Of a stretch of DNA of 64,000 nt, positions 56,683 through 64,000 are shown one piece after another (the stretch's first letter is position 1; every line of letters begins with the position of its first letter). The position numbers and the translations under genes are program-made. The notes under the pieces were generated by a model, which was given only the letters and a program-made list of their open reading frames with translations, made no database searches and was not told the origin of the DNA. Source of the DNA: Thecamonas trahens ATCC 50062 (Eukaryota > Protista > Apusomonadida); the NCBI RefSeq assembly GCF_000142905.1, contig NW_013657678.1, forward strand, positions 496,001-560,000. Direction: 5' to 3'.

Positions 56683-59600
56683 TCATCGGATAACCATGGT
56701 CCGGACAACAGTGTCCAGATCAACGGCAGTCGGCCGGTCGGCCGGCGACGGGGCAAGGCAGGTGGCAATCATGCTTGCCACCTCGGGGTGGCCGATCTTG
56801 CCGAGATCGACCGCCCACGCGGGGCCCCACACCAGGCGCTGTGCAGAGGCATACGCCGAGTGGAAGCCGAGGCCGGAAAAGAGCTGGTACAGGATCATGC
56901 CCATGGCGTAGACATCGCTCTCGTTGGTGTACCGCAGCTCCTCCTCCTCAAGCCCGTCGTTGACCCACTTGTCCAGGAGCTCCGGTGCGAGGTAGAGGGC
57001 GCGGAGAACCTCGCGCTCCGACCGCAGCGGGAGCTGCTTGGCCTTGCGCTCGATTGCCGCAAGCGGCGGCGTCGCCGCCTGGTACGCATCCGAGAACCGG
57101 GTCACCGACACTCCACCATCGATGAGGAGCTGCACGCTTGCCGGATCGCTGCTCGGAACAAGGACCGAGTGTGCATCGAGGAACTCGCAGCGGACGTTGT
57201 GCTGGTGGGCATGATCGAGCGCCTGGACGAGCCGGCGCGCCATGGCGAGCTTGGTCGTCAGCGGCAGGTCGGCAATGGCCGGCGCAGGCTGCAGGTCCGC
57301 TCGGTCGAGGAGCTTGCCGAGGCTTGCGCCTTCAATCTTGCGGCTCACGAGCGCAATGCCGCCCTTGACGAGCGTCACGCCCATAAGCGGGACAATGGCG
57401 GCGTGCGAGAGCGCCCACACGGCCTCGAGCTTGACCAGCAGGAGACGCAGCGCTCGCTCGGTGCAGAGCGCAATCTTGCGCGAGGCCACCGGGACGCCAC
57501 GGTACTCGCCCGACACAATCGGGCCCCACGCCGAGCGCGCGAGGTCCGGGCCCGACATGTCAACCAGCTCTGGCTTGAGGTAGAATTGCAGGTCTTGCAC
57601 CGAGGCCACCACTCGCGGGGGAGCGGACGCATCGGCGACGCCGAAAACACTCCGTTGCGGATAACAACCGACGACTCGGACGCACATGTTGCACTCGAGA
57701 ACCGTGTCGACGCCGGCGAGCCGTCGTCGGCGCCGCTGACCGCAAGAAGCGAGGTGAGGGGGAGGAGCGGCGCGTCGATGACCACGTCCGAGTACTCGAA
57801 CGACCGCGGAAAGAGGACTGAAGTCCGCGGGAGGCTGCTGAGCGAGCGGCCTCCGGGAGGCGCGCTTTCGTCATCAAGCCGCGACGCCATGGCTGCCAGC
57901 ACAGACCCGGCCCGCCGCCGGAACTCTTGCGTCCGCCACAGCAGCTCCTCGCACTCGACCTGCATGAGAACCGACTGGTCATGCCGCGACCGCTTGTTCT
58001 CGATCGAGAGCCGGATGCGGGCAATGAGCTTGTTGAGCTCGCGCTCAACCTTGCCGGTGTAGTTGTTCACCGCCGTCGAGACCATCTGCGACGAGAGCGA
58101 CGACGAGGCCTGGAGCGTCGACTCGAAGACCTGCGCGAGGCCTTCGGAAAAGGCCGACTTGATGAGCGCAGGGTCCACTGCGTATGTGCATGTCTTGGAC
58201 CGCTCGACCCGCGGAATCGGAATAAATTTGAAGAGCCAGAACAGCGCCCACTTGGTTGTTGTCTGCTGCTCGACCAGCCGCAGCGTGTCGCTCTTGATGA
58301 GCGAGCCAAACACGTTGAGATCAGGCGCTTCGATGTGCGGAAACTCGATTGAGGTTCCTAGAATCTCGTCGAGGTCACGCTGGTACTGAGCCAGATGCGG
58401 CTGAAGCCGGTCCTGCACCATTCGGCCCATGTTCTCGTTCACACCCTGGACGGCCTCGACTATGTGGCCAATGAGGAAGGTTTGCAGCGACGCTGCCGCC
58501 TTTTCAAACAGCGCCGTGAGCTTGGCAATGATGCCATCGGCTTGGGCCTGACCCTCAAACGGCACCGGTTCGTTGGCGAGGAGCACAGCCTCGAGAGAGG
58601 CCATCGACGGAAACGCCGACTCGGCAGCGGCCACAGACGCCGACGGCGAGACCGGCGGCGAGTTTGGTGGCGACGGCGAGGTCAGCCCGGCCTTGGCGTT
58701 CGTTAGCTCTGGCCCATACGTGTCCAGCAGCTCGCGAAGGCCTCCAGGCGAGGTCATTTCCTTGACCCGGGTCCGGGCGTCGTCGAGCACTTGCTGGATG
58801 ATGGCCGGGAGGTGCTCCAGCGCACGGGTCGCGGCGTGGTCCTTGATGTCGCGGATGGCCGAGAGAATGTCTTCGTGAGCCGAGGCTGAGACCTCGAGGA
58901 ACTTCTCAAGCGAGACGACCGACGAGGCGACGGCGGCGAGGTGCATGGTGACGTCGCGCTCGAGCTTGGAAGCGATTGCAGACGCACGCATGAGCGAAGT
59001 CCGCAGCGAGATGACGCCGGCGTTGGTGTAGCAGTGGCGCAGCATCGAGTCAAGCGGCTCGTTGAGGTGCGAGTTGCGCCACACAGCGTCGATACCTTGC
59101 ATGAACGTCCGCACATCGTTGTTGGCGAGCATGCGCGGATAGACCTCGTCGTCGGCCCATGTCTCACCCCACGCAATGCGTGCAAAGTCCTCGACCCACG
59201 GGTAGACGTCTGGGTCAGGCACCGAGATGTGGTTGTCGAGATTGAACTCACGCTCGAGCCACGAGACGTTGTCCGACGCGCCGGCCTGCTCGCCGTCGGC
59301 GGCGTCCGAGCCGTGGCTTCCACCACCGCTCGGCGGTCCGCCCACCGACTCGGAGTCTGAGCTCGAGTCGAGGTCTGAGATGTCGATCGAGTCCGAGTCG
59401 GAGCCGTCGCCATCTCCATCGCCGCCGCTGCCGCCTTGACCATCACCGGAGCGGCTGGCACGATCCGACGATGCACCGTTGGCCGCCGCCGAAGCTGACG
59501 ACGAGCATGTTGACCCCGAAAGCGGCGGCGGTGATGCCGACTCGGGCTGGGCCTGTGTGAGAATGTGATGGCGGGCAGTGTTGGCGTACTGCGCAAACTT

Positions 59601-62360
59601 GGCAGAGACCGGGAAAATGTTCTCGGGCCGGAGCGAGATCCCTGAGCGGACGTCGGCGAGGTTGGCCATGATAAAGTCGCGGACTTGGGCCTCGTCCATG
59701 TCACCGGATGCAGTGTTCCGTTGGTCAAACTTGTTGACAAAGACGTAGGCCTCCTGGTCGACGTCGGCGGTGGCCTCGGCAATGGTGGCGTTGATGGCAA
59801 CTTGCTCCTCCGAGTTGAGGGCGGCGTAGTTGAGGACAACGGCGACGATGGAGGCCTGCTTGAGAATGCGCTTGACGACGTCGGAGAGAATGTCCATGCC
59901 CTCCTCGTTGGGCCCGGGCGAGTCGATGAACGAGAGGCGGCCAAACATGCCGGTCTCGGCCATGACTGCAAACTCGAGCTCGACTTGCGGGAGATCCCGG
60001 AGCTCGGTGATGTGAAGCAGCGGGTTGGCACCATCGATGTGAACGTACTCGCAGAGTCGAATTACGTCGTTGAGGGCAACAAGAGTGGTGTGGATAGCGT
60101 CGAGGCCGACAACAGGCGTGGGCGTAAAGTGAAGCTGCCCATTGACAACCATGTGGACAATGTCGTCGACAACCCTGTTGCCGAAAAACGAGGTCGTCTC
60201 GTCCTCGTAGGTTGCGGAAAAGTGGGCGGCGAGGGTGACGACGGTTGTGTTGAGGACGAGACAGGTCGACTCGGGAATGACGAGCGTGGGGAGCTTCTTG
60301 CCCTCAACATGTGTGATGAGCGTCGGAATGACGGTCATGGCCGTCGATCGCGAAGGGCAGACATCGAGGCCGACGAGACCTGAGATGGTTGACGACTTGC
60401 CAGCCTTCATGAGGCCGACCATGCCGACGTAGGTAGTGGCCGAGACGACGTCGCGGACAAGTCCCTCGAGCTCACCGGCCCACTGCGTATACTCGCCGAG
60501 GACCTCGAGCGAGGCCTCGCCGACCGAGTCGACGACAGCCGACGAGGCCGAGACAAGGGTGTCGACGAGGGCAATGAGGGCAATGACCTCGCGCTGCCAC
60601 TCGACCGACTCGAGCTCGGCACGCATTTCAGCAGCCTCGGCGGCGGCAGCCTCGCGCTTGGCTGATGCAGCCTTGAGCTTGCGAGCAAGCTGCCTTCGCG
60701 GCGCCGAGTCTGCCGCGATCTGAGCCTCGAGCCTGGATGCCGCGTCCGAATGGCGAGTCAGCCGCGCGTTGACCTCCGCCAGTCGTGCGAGCAGCTTGCC
60801 GCGCCGCGACTCGACGCCGGCAAGCTCCGGGAACGACGGATGGTCTTGGCCCTGATGCGGGAGTGCGTGCGGACGAAGGACCGGCGGCGCACCACTCTCG
60901 AGCTGCGCGAGGAGCGCCGAGAGGATGCGCTCAGCGGTCGGGGCCGTGGGCGCGGCGAGGAGCGCGGCGAGTGCGGGCGAGCCAGCCACGTGGGCAAGCG
61001 TCGCTGGGTCAAAGCCGTGGCCCTGGGTGACAAACAGTTCCTTGCGTCGCGAGGAGCGGACATCGGCCTGCTGGCCACCAACGTCACCAGCACGGAGCGC
61101 ACGGAGTGCGCGGAGACGGCCGGAAAAGTAGGTGATGAGGACGTCGCGGACAGCACGCGGGAGGACAGCCGGGAATGAGGCGAGCGACGGGCAGCGAAGG
61201 ACGACGAGCTCGATGAAAAGCAGGGTCAGATCGCGGATAATCGGATTCGACGAGCCGAGGTGGTCGTCGAACCGGCGGAGGTGCGGCGGCATGACGGCGG
61301 CGTCAAATTCGACCGCAAAGTCATTGAGAGTGAGTAGGCCGAGTAGGTGACCGAGGGCGCGAAGAACGGTCGGCTCGTCGAGGGCGTCTTCAAGCGACGG
61401 CCGCCAGACCTTGTTTGCAGCGGCGAGAAGGAGGCCAAATATGATCGGCTTTCGCGAGCACTGCAGCGCCTGTGAGTCTTGCGAGCGGGTCCATAGGCCG
61501 GCGAGGGCATCGATGGCGTCGAGAGCGTTAGGCGCGGCGCGGAGGTCGTCGATGGCGGCAATAGTGGCGTCAACCATGGCGAGCTTGGACGACATGAGCT
61601 CGAGAACAAGGTCCGTTGTCACGTCCCCACTCGCAGCAACAATGAGGATCTGGTCGTCTTGCGCCGCAGCGAGCAAGAGGCCATCGCCAGCAAGGCACAG
61701 CTCTGCGGCGTGGTGCGAGTGGTAGTCAAAGACCCAGGCTGCGAGCGGAACCTCACCCTGTGCCACAAACAGGTCCTCGGCCAGGAGGCAAAAGTGGCTG
61801 AGCGTGGTCGCAGCGTCGACAACAAGAGTCACGAGGCGGGCAGATGCGGGCGAGTCGACGACACAGACGTGAAAGGCGACAAGATGGCCGGATGCTTCGA
61901 GCGGAAGCACGTCATCGGCAAACAGATGCTTGCGAAGATACTTTGGCCCGCCACCGTAGCGCTCAACAAGTCTCTCCCAAACAGCCTCCGGCACAAACAC
62001 GCCATTGAGGTCCGAGATGGCGTTGGCGCGAGGCGATGACGACGACGACGAGGCTGGGAGCGAGGAGGGAGAGATCAACGATGAAGATGACGACGGCGAT
62101 GATGTGGGACGAGAGGGCGAAGAGAGGGCCGACGAGGGAAGCAGGTGATGCTTGGAAGAGGTGGCGACCAACAGTGGTGCCAGCAGAGGGGTGTTGTTGA
62201 TTGGCGGCGGAGTGGGGCCGCCCGACACCACATGCTTGTGCCACGCGAGGAACCAGTTGAACGAGAGGAGGCAGAGTGAGCTGTGCTCGACCTCGACGTT
62301 GCCTGCCGACTCGACAGATGACGCCACTGCCAGGCAGGCCGCCACTTCCTCGTTGTCCAT
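56683..62360 (-). CDS. DUSP(-UBL)-helical-CrfC/YjdA-type dynamin-like GTPase-pseudokinase, paralog B, ~1892 aa; 1-nt frameshift probably at 57644-57647
   Basis: DUSP (WFLAWHKHV...PPPINN...VPEAVWERLVERYGGGP); YVGMVGLMKAGKSSTISGLVG identical to paralog A; kinase fold in ORF 56683-57687. Confidence 0.85.
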
Positions 62361-62508
62361 GAGGAAGAGATGTGGTGAGTGAGAGTGTGTGGGTGTGTCG
62401 GGTGGTGTGAGTCGCGTGACTGGCAGAAGAGAGGATGGGCGCCACGGGCAGTGGGAATGTGATGTATGGTTTATATTTCATTATTTTTGCCTCATAGTCC
62501 AACAATTG

Positions 62509-62589
62509 GAGCAGGTGGCCGAGTGGTTAAGGCGCTGTGTTCAGGTCGCAGTATCTTCGGATGCGCAGGTTCGAGTCCTGTCCTGCTCA
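62509..62589 (+). tRNA. tRNA-Leu(CAG)
   Basis: Acceptor GAGCAGG/CCTGCTC, D arm TGGCCGAGTGGTTAAGGC, anticodon loop TTCAGGT, long variable arm, GGTTCGAGTCC, downstream oligo-T. Confidence 0.96.
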
Positions 62590-62688
62590 GTTTGTTTTTT
62601 GCCCTTTTTTTTGCCTCCGTGGCGCTGCTTGTGCACTTGAATGTACACATAAAATACAGCTGCGACCTCATTACTCAACCTATACAAC

Positions 62689-62769
62689 GAGCAGGTGGCC
62701 GAGTGGTTAAGGCGCTGTGTTCAGGTCGCAGTATCTTCGGATGCGCAGGTTCGAGTCCTGTCCTGCTCA
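62689..62769 (+). tRNA. tRNA-Leu(CAG), identical second copy
   Basis: Same 81 nt, 180 bp downstream, followed by a T-run Pol III terminator. Confidence 0.96.
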
Positions 62770-63105
62770 GATTTCTTTTTTTTGCCTTGTGTTCGACCCT
62801 CTCGAGCACCAGCGCGATGTCATGGCAATGATGACAAGGAGGATGTGTATGATGGTGATATCGGTGCTCGTCCTGGCAGTGGGCGGGACGTGGCGCGTTT
62901 GGTGAGCGGATGCAAGTACTCGCTGTCATGGCGCTGGCAGCAGGTGCTGGTCGGGATATTCGTGGGTTGGCGCCAAGACGGCGAGAAGGGCGGCAGCAGT
63001 AACAACCGCAATGCCGACGCCACCCAACGCCAGCCGCCACTACCACAGCCGCCACGTGTAGTCACCGCCTGGTGGGGTTGGGGTGCGTGTGGGTGTATTC
63101 CTGAC

Positions 63106-64000
63106 ATGGCGTTCTCGAGAGCTGCGCGATTCCGTTCTCGGAAGCCCTCGCCGGCGCTCGAGTTGGCAGATGTGGCTGGCGAGACCGATGGCGATGGCAG
63201 AACCGGTGATGGTGATGCGAGCTGGACGAGCGAGTACTCGGAGAGTGACATCGGCACAGCGTATGCAGCGACAACGTTTGGAGAGCGGGCTCCTGGTGTG
63301 CGGTTCGGGACAGGCGCTGCTCGGCGGGATGTTGGGCCCGACTTGTCATCATCGTCCGACTACGAGAGCTACTCGTCATCCCTGTCGGGATCGTACTCGT
63401 ACTCTTACTCGCGATCGAGCAGTGTTGTCAGCGAGGAGGGCAGAGCATGGAAGAATCTTCTGCCGAGAGCAAGGATCAAGGGTGCAAGATTCGGGACGGC
63501 ACCCAGGTTTGGGCAAGCGCCCAAGTGCTTCTCGACGAGCTCGGGATCCAGCAGCGAGAGCTATGGGTACTATGACTCGTCGATTACGAGCTCGACGTTC
63601 AGCTCCAGCGAGGCTGTTGTCCGGTGCAAGGGCGGAGTCATCGGGAGGGCGCCGCGGATGCCGGGCTTTGGCGCGGGCGCCCAGCATGGTTCGAGCTCGG
63701 GCTCGGGTCTCGAGCTGGATATCGTGTATCCAGACCCACACGTGCCCGGGCCACAGTGGCGGGTGCCAACGACGCCACCGACGCGGCTGCCGCATCAGCG
63801 CGAGCGCGAGCCGCCGTTGCGAAATGTCAACGCGGCTCTGGACGCGATCGAGCCGCGCCGCGGGAGCAAGGCTTCGTTTGCCAAGGCCAAGCGCGAGCTC
63901 TCACCGCCCAAGCCGGCAACATCAAGGCGGGCAAGCGCACTCGAGCCTCAGCTCGATGCGGTTCGGATCCGCGAGCCGGCATTCTCGTTTGGACGAGCCG
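63106..64000 (+). CDS. partial CDS with SHIPPO/STPG-like short repeats (possible axonemal protein); runs off the window
   Basis: Open frame from ATG 63106 with recurring MAFSRAARF, ARFGTAPRF, GGVIGRAPR, ASFAKAKR, PAFSFGRA motifs. Confidence 0.5.
   Translation, partial: MAFSRAARFRSRKPSPALELADVAGETDGDGRTGDGDASWTSEYSESDIGTAYAATTFGERAPGVRFGTGAARRDVGPDLSSSSDYESYSSSLSGSYSYSYSRSSSVVSEEGRAWKNLLPRARIKGARFGTAPRFGQAPKCFSTSSGSSSESYGYYDSSITSSTFSSSEAVVRCKGGVIGRAPRMPGFGAGAQHGSSSGSGLELDIVYPDPHVPGPQWRVPTTPPTRLPHQREREPPLRNVNAALDAIEPRRGSKASFAKAKRELSPPKPATSRRASALEPQLDAVRIREPAFSFGRA

Noticed and set aside
15374-57687. Calling the frameshifted genes pseudogenes
   Set aside because: Each has exactly one indel at a short homopolymer, no premature stops and intact motifs, including conserved genes such as CEP131 and Rif1.
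25810-62360. Dynamin paralogs as ends of a mobile element or as bacterial contamination
   Set aside because: No terminal repeats or transposase; the genes carry eukaryotic DUSP/kinase domains and sit among eukaryotic genes with similar composition.
62509-62769. 81-bp direct repeat as a CRISPR or LTR
   Set aside because: It folds as a canonical tRNA-Leu; only two copies.

Overview
GC-rich, gene-dense, intron-poor draft genome of a flagellated unicellular eukaryote. The style suggests an apusomonad such as Thecamonas, but that is inference. The window holds about 24 protein genes, two identical tRNA-Leu(CAG) genes and four N gaps. Recognisable genes are Atg14/UVRAG-like, CARMIL, an SLC35 transporter, GPI, SLC26, CCDC115, UBE2S, Rrg7-like, Rif1, CEP131 and an ArfGAP. 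At least eight long genes are broken by single-base homopolymer indels, which are most likely sequencing errors. Repairing them reveals architectures hidden in the ORF track. The main candidate for a new system is a pair of paralogous ~1900-2300 aa proteins (25810-32630 +, 56683-62360 -). Each fuses a DUSP(-UBL) module, an intact bacterial CrfC/YjdA-type dynamin-like GTPase and a C-terminal pseudokinase. Three other fusions stand out: an LRMDA-type LRR + 2x cNMP-binding + PP2A B56 protein, a polycystin-1-like REJ-GAIN receptor with EF-hands and no channel, and a Het-C/VWA7-type domain on a multi-pass membrane protein. All family calls come from motif recognition by eye; no searches were run.
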